Positions 1 to 9,140 are shown, counted from the first letter of the whole stretch. The stretch is DNA of 63,337 nucleotides, filler included, from Candidatus Woesearchaeota archaeon (GCA_002685855.1; 6 parts of 6 records of this genome joined end to end with filler, not necessarily neighbours in it); one strand, 5' to 3'. Notes: a model not told the origin generated them from the letters alone. A program made the numbers and translations.

Positions 1-300
1 CACATCCCAAACACCTCTAACAAGCTCTCAGAAGCTTCTAAACACATCCCAAACACCTCTAACAAGCTCTCAGAAGCTTCTAAACACATCTAACATCCTT
101 CAAACAACACTCAAGAATGTTTCCAAACACTGCTAAACACCCCCAATAACTCTTAAGAAACCTCAAACACCTCCAACAAGCCTCAAAAGCCTCAAATACA
201 CACCAAACAACCCCCTAAGAAGCTTCCAAACACAACTAAACACCTCCAAAAAGCCTCAAATACTTCCCTTAACTCTTAAAACCCTTGAATACCCTCTTTG
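1..300. repeat. 42-bp tandem repeat (two perfect copies at 1-84 plus a partial copy to 90), followed by degenerate CAAACACCTC-like C/A-rich repeats
   Basis: cacatcccaaacacctctaacaagctctcagaagcttctaaa occurs at 1-42 and 43-84; related aaacacctc/aaacac units recur to about 260. Confidence 0.85.
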
Positions 301-420
301 AATCTCTCTTCTAACATCAGAAAAAGAACCTTGTTTCCACACCCTGCCCACTTCCACTTGAAGCAAGGGGGTTGGAGGCACTATTTAAACCTTTTCATCA
401 CTAAAAAATAACAACAAAAT

Positions 421-435
421 AGAAAGCTTTAAATA
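421..435 (+). promoter_or_regulatory. Archaeal BRE/TATA promoter of trmB
   Basis: AGAAAGC followed by TTTAAATA (428-435); AGGAGGG RBS-like sequence just before ATG 481. Confidence 0.6.
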
Positions 436-480
436 GAAAATCGCATTCCTCCTTTTATTCACTTTTAGGAGGGATTCACT

Positions 481-1266
481 ATGATCGTACAGGAAGATTT
501 TTTGAAAAAAATTAGAGAATTTGGATTAAATAGTTATGAAGCAAAGTTATGGACAGCCTTACTCAGCAGAGGCATTTCTACTGCAGGCGAGCTGTCTGAT
601 ATCGCTAATGTTCCTCGTTCTCGTTCCTATGATGTCTTTGAATCCCTTGAAAAGAAAGGCTTTATCATGGTGAAAGTGGGAAAACCCATAAAATATATTG
701 CTGTGCCTCCTGAAGAAGTTCTTGAGCGCGTCAAAAAGCGTATTGCAGCTGAAGCAGAAGAGAAAGAGCGTACTATGGATAATCTCAAAGACAGCTCAGT
801 TCTCCAAGAGCTTACCACGCTCCATGAGCAAGGCATTGAAAAAGTCGACCCATTCGACCTTACCGGCTCAATCAAGGGGAGAACAAATCTCCACAATCAC
901 CTTGATTCTAAAATTAAATCAGCAAAAGAGTCTGTGTTGCTTGTAACAACCGCAGACGGCATTAAAAGAAAAGCATCATCCTTAAAGCGTGCCCTGAAGA
1001 AAGCAAAAGAGAACGGCGTTTCTATAAAGATCGTGGCTTCCGGAATTGAAGAGTCAGCCAAAGAGGTCCAGGATCTCAAGAAGTTTGCTCAGGTTAAGCT
1101 TGTTCCGAACCTCGATGCCCGTTTCTGCCTCGTAGACAACGACGACCTTACCTTTATGCTTGCATCCGACCAGGATGTACATCCAAGCTATGATACTGCA
1201 GTCTGGGTAAAGACAGGATACTTTTCCAAAGCTCTCGAAGACATGTTCTCGAAAGCCTGGAAATAA
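481..1266 (+). CDS. trmB: TrmB-family transcriptional regulator
   Basis: N-terminal wHTH (FGLNSYEAKLWTALL...ANVPRSRSYDVFESLEKKGFI...GKPIKY) plus C-terminal TrmB effector domain. Confidence 0.9.
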   Translation: MIVQEDFLKKIREFGLNSYEAKLWTALLSRGISTAGELSDIANVPRSRSYDVFESLEKKGFIMVKVGKPIKYIAVPPEEVLERVKKRIAAEAEEKERTMDNLKDSSVLQELTTLHEQGIEKVDPFDLTGSIKGRTNLHNHLDSKIKSAKESVLLVTTADGIKRKASSLKRALKKAKENGVSIKIVASGIEESAKEVQDLKKFAQVKLVPNLDARFCLVDNDDLTFMLASDQDVHPSYDTAVWVKTGYFSKALEDMFSKAWK

Positions 1267-1307
1267 CTACCTTTTTATCTTTCAACAGATTCCTTAGGAA
1301 AAGAAAA

Positions 1308-1889
1308 ATGCCAAGAAAAAAGGGCCCCCAACAATCACCCTCGCGAAAGCAATGGGTTGATGCAATAAGCCTTTATAAAGATCTTTCCACTTCCAGAACA
1401 AACAAATCAGCAACACACACATTCTTTGAAAAGTATACAGAGAGACTTCAACGAGACTTAAGACCTCACTGTCTTATTGCTGACTTGGGCTGCAATAGTT
1501 ACCTTTTTCATCCCAACACAGGAAGTATTGAAAGTTACCTTCCTTCAGATATTTCATATAAACCCTTTTCAACCCCCTGGACAGCAGTCCATCAACGCCC
1601 TCATTTTTTAGTATATCTTAACCCCTCAACCGAGGGAACATATAGAGACCTCACAGCCAACACCATCGCAGCAGACCTCGTCACATGCTGCATGGAACTT
1701 CTGGATGCCAACAACACTGATAGACTATCGGGCGGCTTAGAGCAAATTCAACGGGAAATCATACAAGACTGTGGTGAGTTACGAACAGGAAATATTATTC
1801 GACCTTCACCAAATGATTTTTTTTCTGTATACCAACAATTTGAAGAACAATTATCTGAACAGATTCGTTCAGATCCAACACGCACATAA
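1308..1889 (+). CDS. Hypothetical protein
   Basis: 193-aa ORF filling the gap between genes; no recognisable motif. Confidence 0.55.
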   Translation: MPRKKGPQQSPSRKQWVDAISLYKDLSTSRTNKSATHTFFEKYTERLQRDLRPHCLIADLGCNSYLFHPNTGSIESYLPSDISYKPFSTPWTAVHQRPHFLVYLNPSTEGTYRDLTANTIAADLVTCCMELLDANNTDRLSGGLEQIQREIIQDCGELRTGNIIRPSPNDFFSVYQQFEEQLSEQIRSDPTRT

Positions 1890-2101
1890 AAAAAGAGGCA
1901 GAAAGTAATATCTCTTATTTTTTTATAGCAACCTGTTTCAACCCTTTTTAATAACAGACCATCTCTCTACCCCTCCTTTAACATAAAAAACCCTTTTTCT
2001 TACTCCCAACAACCACGCACCTTCTCCCTTAACAAACATAACATCATCTCATTTATAAACCCCAAGGAAATATTTAACTACTCTCCCCCATTTCCGCCCC
2101 C

Positions 2102-2770
2102 ATGGCCCTATTCACCACAGAAAAAATTCTTTATTTCCCGGGTTGTCTCACCCAGATACGCTTCCCCAGCATCGTCAGCAACTACAAATCCATCCTATCC
2201 GACCTCGGCATAGAATATATCACAACAAACAAGCTCAAATGCTGTGGAAGCCCCTGCAAAGCAGCCGGCCTCCCCGACGACTTCGAACTCCTTAAACAGT
2301 ACAACCTCTCCATCCTTAAAGAACTCAACATCACCAAAATCATCTCCAACGATCCCCGCTGTGTACTCGCATTCAAAGACCACCCTTTTAAAGCAGAACA
2401 CATTACCCAGACACTCGCCAGACTCAACCACAAACTCCCCGAACTCAACCAGGGAGAAGCAAACTATCACGATTCCTGCATCATGGTACGTTCATTAAAA
2501 CTCGAAAAAGAGCCCCGCGCAGTTCTCAAAGCATCCGGCTTCCAGCTCAGCGAAATGAAAACATCCCACCAATCAGCTAACTGCTGCGGCGCAGGCGGAC
2601 TCCTCAAAGCCAACAGCCCTCTCGTCGCAAAAAAGGTATGTATGAACCGACTAGCCGAAGCCACTAAAAAAAAAGTGATCGTCGCAGACCCCCTCTGTTA
2701 TATCCATCTGAAAGAGCACAACAAAAAACTCAACATCCTTGAACTCAGCGAGGTCCTGGTAGAAGTATGA
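2102..2770 (+). CDS. CCG-domain Fe-S protein (GlcF/HdrB-like)
   Basis: YFPGC...KCCG and YHDSC...NCCGAGG: two CCG domains. Confidence 0.85.
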   Translation: MALFTTEKILYFPGCLTQIRFPSIVSNYKSILSDLGIEYITTNKLKCCGSPCKAAGLPDDFELLKQYNLSILKELNITKIISNDPRCVLAFKDHPFKAEHITQTLARLNHKLPELNQGEANYHDSCIMVRSLKLEKEPRAVLKASGFQLSEMKTSHQSANCCGAGGLLKANSPLVAKKVCMNRLAEATKKKVIVADPLCYIHLKEHNKKLNILELSEVLVEV

Positions 2771-3945
2771 CCCTCAAAGACCATCTTATAGAATTCGTAG
2801 GAGAAGCCAACCTTTCAGAAGCAGAAGTAGACTGCGAAGCCTACAGCATCGACGCATCAACCCTCAGCGCCTACCCTCTCATCGTAGTCTGGCCTCCAAA
2901 CGACCCTGAAAAGATATCCTATCTTGTAAAATATGCCAACCGCATCAACACACCCATAACCCTTCGCGGTAAAGGAAAAGGCATCACTGGCGGAGCAATA
3001 GGTGAAGGAATCATCCTCGACCTCTCTCGCCACACTAAAATATCACGACTCTCTGTCAAAGACTCCTGGGTAGAAGCCAGAGCAGGAACAACCATCCAGG
3101 AACTCAACACCGTTCTTCGCGAACAAAGCCTCTTCTTCCCCTGTATTCCCCTCCCCAGCACCCACACCCTCGGCGGACTCATCAGCCTCAACCCCATCTA
3201 CTATGGACAATCCTACTTCGGCCCTCTCAAAAACTACCTCCTTGAAGCAGAAGGCGTAGAAGGAACCGGCCAGCACCCAGATCTCGATCCAGAAGCCATT
3301 CTCGGCACAGAAGGAACAACAGCAATCATCCTTTCCCTCAAACTCAAAACAACCGAGTTAGTCGTCCAACGCTCCCTCTCACTATCAGAATTCGACGAAC
3401 TCCCTGTCGCCTTAAACGCAATATCCGACATCAAAAAAAGAAAAGACCTCATCGGAATAACTCTCACTGCAGGAGCAGCCTCTGACATCGTAGGAAGCCA
3501 GAAAAGCTATGCTGTCCTCGCAGAATTCGCCTCAGATCACGGCGAAATCCAGGACCTCTCAACCTTTGCAGTTGCAGAATCCCGCTTCAAAAACATCATA
3601 AGCTTGTTATCAGAACGCTCCTACCTCTTTGTCGAAGACGCAAAACTAGAACTTGAAAAACTCTTCGACCTCGAACAATGGTGCTTCAAAAAATCCCTCC
3701 CTTTGGTATGCTGGCCAGACCTCGGCGTAGCCTTTGTAAAATTTACAAGAGAACAGGAAAAACTAAGAGACCAGTTCAGGATCCTCATCAAAAAACTCAA
3801 TGGAGAACTGGGGTGCTGTTTTGGACACGGAAGACTTAAAAAGAAATTCGTATCAGGATACAAATCCAATCGCGTCTTCAGATTAAAAGAACGCATGGAC
3901 TACAATAACATACTAGGAAGAGGTGTGATAATTGACTACAAATAA
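2767..3945 (+). CDS. FAD-binding oxidoreductase (GlcD/D-lactate dehydrogenase-like), divergent
   Basis: YSIDAS, RGKGKGITGGA, TLGGLIS and GTEGTTAII motifs of the FAD_binding_4 family; overlaps the upstream gene by 4 nt. Confidence 0.8.
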   Translation: MTLKDHLIEFVGEANLSEAEVDCEAYSIDASTLSAYPLIVVWPPNDPEKISYLVKYANRINTPITLRGKGKGITGGAIGEGIILDLSRHTKISRLSVKDSWVEARAGTTIQELNTVLREQSLFFPCIPLPSTHTLGGLISLNPIYYGQSYFGPLKNYLLEAEGVEGTGQHPDLDPEAILGTEGTTAIILSLKLKTTELVVQRSLSLSEFDELPVALNAISDIKKRKDLIGITLTAGAASDIVGSQKSYAVLAEFASDHGEIQDLSTFAVAESRFKNIISLLSERSYLFVEDAKLELEKLFDLEQWCFKKSLPLVCWPDLGVAFVKFTREQEKLRDQFRILIKKLNGELGCCFGHGRLKKKFVSGYKSNRVFRLKERMDYNNILGRGVIIDYK

Positions 3946-4279
3946 CATGCAAAAAACAATAAAAGAGTGCAATCTCTGCAGCGCCTGCAACGACGTCTGC
4001 CCGGTCACAACCGCATTAAAAAGAGAAACAAGCTCACCTCGCCACAAAGCAAAACTCATCCAGGAAGGAAAACTTGCATTAATCTTCTACCAATGCAGCC
4101 TCTGCAAAGCCTGCTCAGACGCCTGCCCCTCAAAGGTCCCCCTCGACGCCATCATCCAGCAAGAGCGGGAAAAGATCATCAAAAAAGGAGTCGTTCCCAA
4201 CGCAGTTGCCGAAATGAGGGAAAACATCAGAAAAACAGGATTTCCCTTGAGGAAAGAAGGGTTGGTCTTAGTCGCATAA
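3932..4279 (+). CDS. 4Fe-4S dicluster protein (start TTG 3932 or ATG 3947)
   Basis: Two CxxCxxCxxxCP motifs (CNLCSACNDVCP, CSLCKACSDACP) and SPR motif, like the GlcF/HdrC N-terminus. Confidence 0.85.
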   Translation: MTTNNMQKTIKECNLCSACNDVCPVTTALKRETSSPRHKAKLIQEGKLALIFYQCSLCKACSDACPSKVPLDAIIQQEREKIIKKGVVPNAVAEMRENIRKTGFPLRKEGLVLVA

Positions 4280-4320
4280 CCCCTTCAAAAACAACTTTTC
4301 TATAGCACTCTGTTCAATCT

Positions 4321-4383
4321 CACAATTCTTCCAATCCTCCCGAAAACCTTTCGGAAAAACCAGCAACACCTTCTTTAAACAAC
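4321..4383 (+). repeat. Copy 1 of a ~62-bp duplicated promoter region
   Basis: cacaattcttccaatcct..cgaaaacctttcggaaaaac...caccttctttaa.caac, near-identical to 5049-5110. Confidence 0.9.
4341..4353. promoter_or_regulatory. Palindromic box CGAAA-N3-TTTCG, copy 1
   Basis: CGAAAACCTTTCG; ends 47 nt before ATG 4400. Confidence 0.6.
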
Positions 4384-4461
4384 CCTCTCTCTTACAGTCA
4401 TGAAAACAACAAAATATATAAATAAGTATACTTTTACCTCTACTGTGCGGGGCCAAGGAGA

Positions 4462-4713
4462 ATGAACCTTGGAAAGATCAACATCCGCCCAACCATTCAT
4501 TTACTAAAACACCACAACGATCTCCCTTGGGACCTAGTAGTATCAACAATACTATCTCCCACAAAAACCCACCCAAACAAACGAAAAGGAAAAGACCGTT
4601 TCACATATATCAAATACACCAAAGAAAGAATCATCGAAGTCCACACAAAAGAAGACCCTGTCAATCAAACGATCTGGGCAATCAACGCATTTCAAACAAA
4701 ACGAACAAAATGA
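4462..4713 (+). CDS. Putative RelE/BrnT/DUF4258-like RNase toxin
   Basis: 83-aa basic protein ending in WAINAF; translationally coupled (ATGA overlap) to an antitoxin-like gene. Confidence 0.55.
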   Translation: MNLGKINIRPTIHLLKHHNDLPWDLVVSTILSPTKTHPNKRKGKDRFTYIKYTKERIIEVHTKEDPVNQTIWAINAFQTKRTK

Positions 4714-5024
4714 CACAAAAAAAATGTCCCCAGTGCAAAAAGCAGATGGAGAAGGTAATCTTCAACCTAGGATACAATGTTGAAGTACCCTCACTTCATT
4801 GCAGCTCCTGCTCCTTCAACATCACAGAAGAGAAAAAACTAAAAAAATCAATGAACCTCTTAAGAAATCAATTAAAAAAAGAGGTAAAAATAATCCAGGT
4901 TGGAGAAGGCCTCGGAATCAGACTACCTAACGAGATCATAAAAGGATACAATATTAAAAGAGGAGAACAGATAACAATACAGCCAGAAACTGATTGCCTT
5001 CGACTCCAGATCAACCCCCGATAG
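4710..5024 (+). CDS. Antitoxin-like protein: MqsA/YgiT-type Zn finger plus AbrB/MazE domain
   Basis: CPQC...CSSC Zn ribbon, then KIIQVGEGLGIRLPNEIIKGYNIKRGEQI (AbrB signature); likely start ATG 4710. Confidence 0.75.
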   Translation: MTQKKCPQCKKQMEKVIFNLGYNVEVPSLHCSSCSFNITEEKKLKKSMNLLRNQLKKEVKIIQVGEGLGIRLPNEIIKGYNIKRGEQITIQPETDCLRLQINPR

Positions 5025-5048
5025 CCAGCTCTCTTACACTCACCACCC

Positions 5049-5110
5049 CACAATTCTTCCAATCCTTTCGAAAACCTTTCGGAAAAACTGCCAGCACCTT
5101 CTTTAACAAC
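5049..5110 (+). repeat. Copy 2 of the duplicated promoter region (radC promoter)
   Basis: Matches 4321-4383 with about 7 differences. Confidence 0.9.
5069..5081. promoter_or_regulatory. Palindromic box CGAAA-N3-TTTCG, copy 2
   Basis: CGAAAACCTTTCG; ends 47 nt before radC ATG 5128. Confidence 0.6.
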
Positions 5111-5127
5111 CAACACATCCTTCACCC

Positions 5128-5823
5128 ATGCACCTTAAACAGATTCTCAGAGAAAACAGACCCAGAGAACGCCTGCAATTCGAAGGACCATCAGCATTAT
5201 CAGACGCAGAGCTCCTCGCAGTAATACTTAACACAGGCACAAAAAAAGAAAACGTCATCGACCTCTCCCAAAAACTCCTCGCAGACCACAACCTCGAAGG
5301 ACTCTCAACCGCATCACTCACCGAACTCCAGAAAAGAAACGGAATCGGCTTTGTAAAGGCCTGTAAACTCCTCGCAACATTCGAACTCGGAAGAAGAACC
5401 AAACACCGTGCCACAAGATCAATCCAGATCCAATCACCCAAAGACGTTTACCACTATGCAGCCCCCCTCATCCAACACCTCGATAAAGAGCAATTCGTCC
5501 TGCTCCTCCTCGACTCTAAAAACAAAGTCAAAAAACACCTCACCATATCCATCGGAATACTGGATGCATCCCTCATCCACCCAAGAGAAGTATTCAAGCC
5601 CGCAATAAAAGAATCTAGCAGAGCCATCATCCTCGTCCACAACCACCCCTCAGGAGACCCCACAGCATCTGCAGAAGACAAAAACATCACCCAAGCACTC
5701 ATCGAAACAGGAAGACTCATAGGCATCCCTGTCCTCGACCACATCATCATCGGAAAAGACCGTTATTACAGCTATAGAGAAGACAAAATACAGAAGAGAC
5801 AACCACCACAAAAACACGTTTAG
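5128..5823 (+). CDS. radC: RadC family (JAB domain) protein
   Basis: RPRERL, LSDAELLA, GIG..KA, IHPREVF, VHNHPSGDPTAS.ED, LDHIIIG. Confidence 0.95.
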   Translation: MHLKQILRENRPRERLQFEGPSALSDAELLAVILNTGTKKENVIDLSQKLLADHNLEGLSTASLTELQKRNGIGFVKACKLLATFELGRRTKHRATRSIQIQSPKDVYHYAAPLIQHLDKEQFVLLLLDSKNKVKKHLTISIGILDASLIHPREVFKPAIKESSRAIILVHNHPSGDPTASAEDKNITQALIETGRLIGIPVLDHIIIGKDRYYSYREDKIQKRQPPQKHV

Positions 5824-5826
5824 TTA

Positions 5827-6066
5827 TTACTTGCTGTCTTTTTTATACGCTTCCTTCATTCTCCTTCGATAAGGACATCTCAGAATAAAACAAAAAGAAA
5901 GATGATGCAGCATTCTCCAACCCGCCCGACGAAAGTGACAGGGTTCATCAGTTATAGGTTTTGTAAACATAATCTTGTGAGGAAAACAATGAGGCGGACA
6001 GAACAGTTTCTCTCCCTTCCTGTCAACAACATCAACCTTATCAGCGATATCTAAAAACCAGGCCAT
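5827..6066 (-). CDS. Small Cys/His-rich hypothetical protein
   Basis: MAWFLDIA...CPPHCFPH...CHF...HH..C...CPY; TTTATAA box about 25 nt upstream of ATG 6066. Confidence 0.5.
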   Translation of the reverse strand: MAWFLDIADKVDVVDRKGEKLFCPPHCFPHKIMFTKPITDEPCHFRRAGWRMLHHLSFCFILRCPYRRRMKEAYKKDSK

Positions 6067-6079
6067 ATCAACTATATAG

Positions 6080-6334
6080 TTAACCCCTCTTATAAATCCT
6101 TTCCTTATCCTTATACACAACACGAACATCGTTGTCGATCTTCACATAAAAGATATGGTCTCCCCGCGTAAGACCTCTTACTTTATTAACATGGGCTTCA
6201 ACAACCCCATCTAAAGGAAGCTCAAGCTCCCCATTTGAAAACCGAATCAATACTTTAGATCTTTCCTGCTCTACAAGAACTATTTCATCTACATTAATAT
6301 CCAGACCAGGCAACGAAGGAAAAGAGAGATACAT
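6080..6334 (-). CDS. Hypothetical protein
   Basis: 84-aa ORF preceded by AGGGGAGG RBS. Confidence 0.55.
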   Translation of the reverse strand: MYLSFPSLPGLDINVDEIVLVEQERSKVLIRFSNGELELPLDGVVEAHVNKVRGLTRGDHIFYVKIDNDVRVVYKDKERIYKRG

Positions 6335-6427
6335 CCTCCCCTACAAATTCTTTCCTATTTATACCTTCAGGTTATCCCACCCAGGAGGATACACAACATT
6401 TATAACTCCCTTTCTCCACCAACACCA

Positions 6428-6997
6428 ATGAAACTCATCCTCACACGCCACGGAGAAACAGAAGAGAACAAAAACAAAATCCTCCAGGGACACAGACACG
6501 GAACCCTCTCCTCCCTGGGAAAAAAACAAGCAGAAAAACTCGCCCTTCGCCTTAAAACAGAAAAGATCGACCAGATCTACACAAGCGATCTCGGAAGAGC
6601 ACTCAACACCGCAAAAGCAATAGCACAACACCATCCTGAGGTCTCCTTTCACATCACAAAAAAGCTTCGCGAACGTGACATGGGAGAATATGAGGGAAAA
6701 CCCTGGGACAAAGTCAACTGGAACAATCCCCCCAAAAACCTCGAACCAGACACAAACCTCAGAAAACGAGCCAAAGCATTCATCGACTCCATCTACAAAA
6801 AACATCCCAACAAAACCGTTCTTGCAGTAGCACACGCAGGCATAAACCTCGCCATCACAACAGCCATCCTCCACAAACCCGCAAAAGAGATCAACAAGCT
6901 TGGACACCAAGCTAACACCGCAGTCAACATCTACGAATTAAAAGAAGACAAAAACCACAAGATCATTTTATTTAATTGTGATAAACATTTAGAATGA
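6428..6997 (+). CDS. Histidine phosphatase family (phosphoglycerate mutase-like)
   Basis: LTRHGET, YTSDLGRA..TA, LRERDMG, VAHAG. Confidence 0.9.
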   Translation: MKLILTRHGETEENKNKILQGHRHGTLSSLGKKQAEKLALRLKTEKIDQIYTSDLGRALNTAKAIAQHHPEVSFHITKKLRERDMGEYEGKPWDKVNWNNPPKNLEPDTNLRKRAKAFIDSIYKKHPNKTVLAVAHAGINLAITTAILHKPAKEINKLGHQANTAVNIYELKEDKNHKIILFNCDKHLE

Positions 6998-7021
6998 ACA
7001 AAATCACATTTTAGAACATAT

Positions 7022-7237
7022 CTAAGGTTGGGGAAGATCAACAACAAGCTCGTGCGGATGCATATTCCTTTTGACAACATTAAAAAAAGCATACCCTTTG
7101 ATCTTTCCTGTTTTTTCATCTCGGCGGGTAAATATGTCATCCCCTCTGTCTTCATAATACGAAGGCGTCGCCTTTCCAAAGCGCACTTCAAGGAGATCTG
7201 TTTCAGGATCCCAATGGATATGGAGTTTGTTTTTCAT
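7022..7237 (-). CDS. DUF2283-like antitoxin-type protein
   Basis: IHWDPETDLLEVRF...DIFTRRDEKTGKIKG pattern of DUF2283. Confidence 0.7.
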   Translation of the reverse strand: MKNKLHIHWDPETDLLEVRFGKATPSYYEDRGDDIFTRRDEKTGKIKGYAFFNVVKRNMHPHELVVDLPQP

Positions 7238-7521
7238 CTTATTTTTCTCAAATAGTATGCAGTGATAATAAACCCTTCTCCGTTTAAATACTTTACTCCA
7301 ACCATAAGATATCTTTTAAACCTTTTAATATAAAGATAGTAATATTGAACGGATTCTGGTTGGTATCTACTTGGACTAATCTTATCTGGACAGACCAGAG
7401 CACGTTCGATCAAGTCGGAATTTGTGATGTTTGGGTGTTCTTCTACAATATGTTTCCACCGCTCTTTTGTAAGACGAATGTTTCGACCGGTTTTATCTCT
7501 GATTTCAAAAAGAACAGACAT
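7234..7521 (-). CDS. RelE/DUF4258-like putative toxin
   Basis: IRLTKERWKHI.EEHP...YYY...YLMVGVKYLNGEGFIITAY; 4-nt overlap with the DUF2283-like gene. Confidence 0.7.
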   Translation of the reverse strand: MSVLFEIRDKTGRNIRLTKERWKHIVEEHPNITNSDLIERALVCPDKISPSRYQPESVQYYYLYIKRFKRYLMVGVKYLNGEGFIITAYYLRKIR

Positions 7522-7567
7522 CTATAAACAATCTTTAGTCCCTTATTATGTCTGTCTTTCAGATTCT

Positions 7568-7580
7568 CGAAAAAATTTCG
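7568..7580. promoter_or_regulatory. Palindromic box CGAAA-N3-TTTCG, copy 3
   Basis: CGAAAAAATTTCG; proximal end is 47 nt from the minus-strand ATG at 7521. Confidence 0.55.
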
Positions 7581-7678
7581 AAAGAACAAGAATTTTTCCA
7601 AGTTTAATCTAAATCAACCACATCTCTCTAAGAAACCCTTCTCGAAACGTTTAAATTCTCTCCAACTATTCTGTTGGT

Positions 7679-8110
7679 ATGATTCGCTGGATGCTCCTTC
7701 TCACACTTCTTCTTTCCACTACGGCGTTCGCTCAACCCCCCACTTATAACAAAGCCTGCACCCAGAAGATCGAATGGGCCTGCGACTACATCACCACGTG
7801 CGGATACACTGGCTGCATCTCCACAAGCTGCAAAAAATCATTAAACCCAGAGAAGATCAAACACAAAACCCTTCCCAAACCCGCTGTTCCCTGCTCAGAA
7901 TACAACGACTGGATTACCCAAACACCAGATCACACCCCCTGCAAGCCACCTTTCATTGATTGCATAAGATCCACAACCAACAAGAAAGGATTCTACGACC
8001 TCGCCTGTGATTCTTCCGGATACACCATCCCCTTCTCAATCTTTAATCAAAAAGAAAAATTTCTATACTTTATCGAAGATAAAGTTAGGAACGATTTAGT
8101 GACTATATAG
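7679..8110 (+). CDS. Secreted Cys-rich hypothetical protein
   Basis: Signal peptide MIRWMLLLTLLLSTTAFA; nine Cys in the mature part. Confidence 0.65.
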   Translation: MIRWMLLLTLLLSTTAFAQPPTYNKACTQKIEWACDYITTCGYTGCISTSCKKSLNPEKIKHKTLPKPAVPCSEYNDWITQTPDHTPCKPPFIDCIRSTTNKKGFYDLACDSSGYTIPFSIFNQKEKFLYFIEDKVRNDLVTI

Positions 8111-8175
8111 AAAATAAATCACTGGACAAACCCACGCAAACCATTTAAACAAAAACAACTTTCCTTTCCAAAACA

Positions 8176-9040
8176 ATGTGGGGTATCACAATGAAAAAAA
8201 TTCTACTGTTCGTATTAGTCCTAATTCTACCAATCCAAGCCACCGCCTACCTCTATGATGACTTCTCAGATGGTTATCTCGATCCAGAGTTGTGGGAGGA
8301 AGTTGTTGCGGATAACTCAACCAACCATATTGAGTATCATTTTGAAAACCAAGAAGAAAACGCATATCACACAGAGAAAATTTCAATCCTTGAAGCAATC
8401 GGTGTAGAAGGTCATGGAAGAACATTAAACAAATTATGGGGTTATGGTCAAAACGGAAAATGGGGATGGAAAATACAAACAAACACCCAATTTAAACTAA
8501 AAAAAATCATTAAAAGTGAAGCAGGAGATCCTTCATTTGCATATATTTATTCTGCAGATAGAACCCAACTCGCGAAAACAGCATTTAATGGAAGAGAAGC
8601 ATTATTTGACTATCAATTAGAAGCAGACACAGTATATTACATCGTAGCTGATCGATTAGGCGGTTCTTATACACGTTCATATGTTGACACCGATGTGAAC
8701 TTTCCTTACGTAAGTCCGTCCTTTAATATAATTAAAACCGCAGAAATCAATACAGGGGATGAACGAACAGACCAAATAATAAACATAGAAAGTTTAGAAA
8801 TCGATTCACCAACAATGTACAATAGAAAAGGAACCCGCCTCTCCCTAACACAACCCCTCCAACCAGGTGACAAGTTAGAATATGAATTTGCACTTAATTC
8901 TGCCGATGGCGACCACCAATCTCATCTCGTCTTCAACAACTTAACCCTTTTCAGAAGAATGCATGAGATAGACAACTTTACCTGTGGCGGATTCGCCGGT
9001 TGTGGTTTCTTTGGTGAATGGAATGGAGCAAACCTTTGGG
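8176..9040 (+). CDS. Secreted/surface protein, truncated at the contig end (start possibly 8191)
   Basis: Signal peptide MKKILLFVLVLILPIQATA followed by YDDFSDG; frame stays open to the linker. Confidence 0.7.
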
Positions 9041-9140
9041 NNNNNNNNNNNNNNNNNNNNNNNNNNNNNNNNNNNNNNNNNNNNTTAATTAATTAANNNN
9101 NNNNNNNNNNNNNNNNNNNNNNNNNNNNNNNNNNNNNNNN
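9041..9140. other. Artificial contig linker
   Basis: 44 N + TTAATTAATTAA (stops in all six frames) + 44 N. Confidence 0.98.

Noticed and set aside
1..260. Possible CRISPR array
   Set aside because: The repeats are head-to-tail or degenerate with no unique spacers, and there are no cas genes in the window.
4280..7600. Integron-like cassette array or integrated element (TA pairs plus radC)
   Set aside because: No attC folds, integrase, transposase or tRNA attachment site were seen, and the genes have mixed orientation and their own promoters.
9085..9096. TTAATTAATTAA palindrome, repeated five times in the window
   Set aside because: Always centred between two 44-N runs, so it is an artificial all-frame-stop linker; ORF ends reading XXX-LIN are artefacts.
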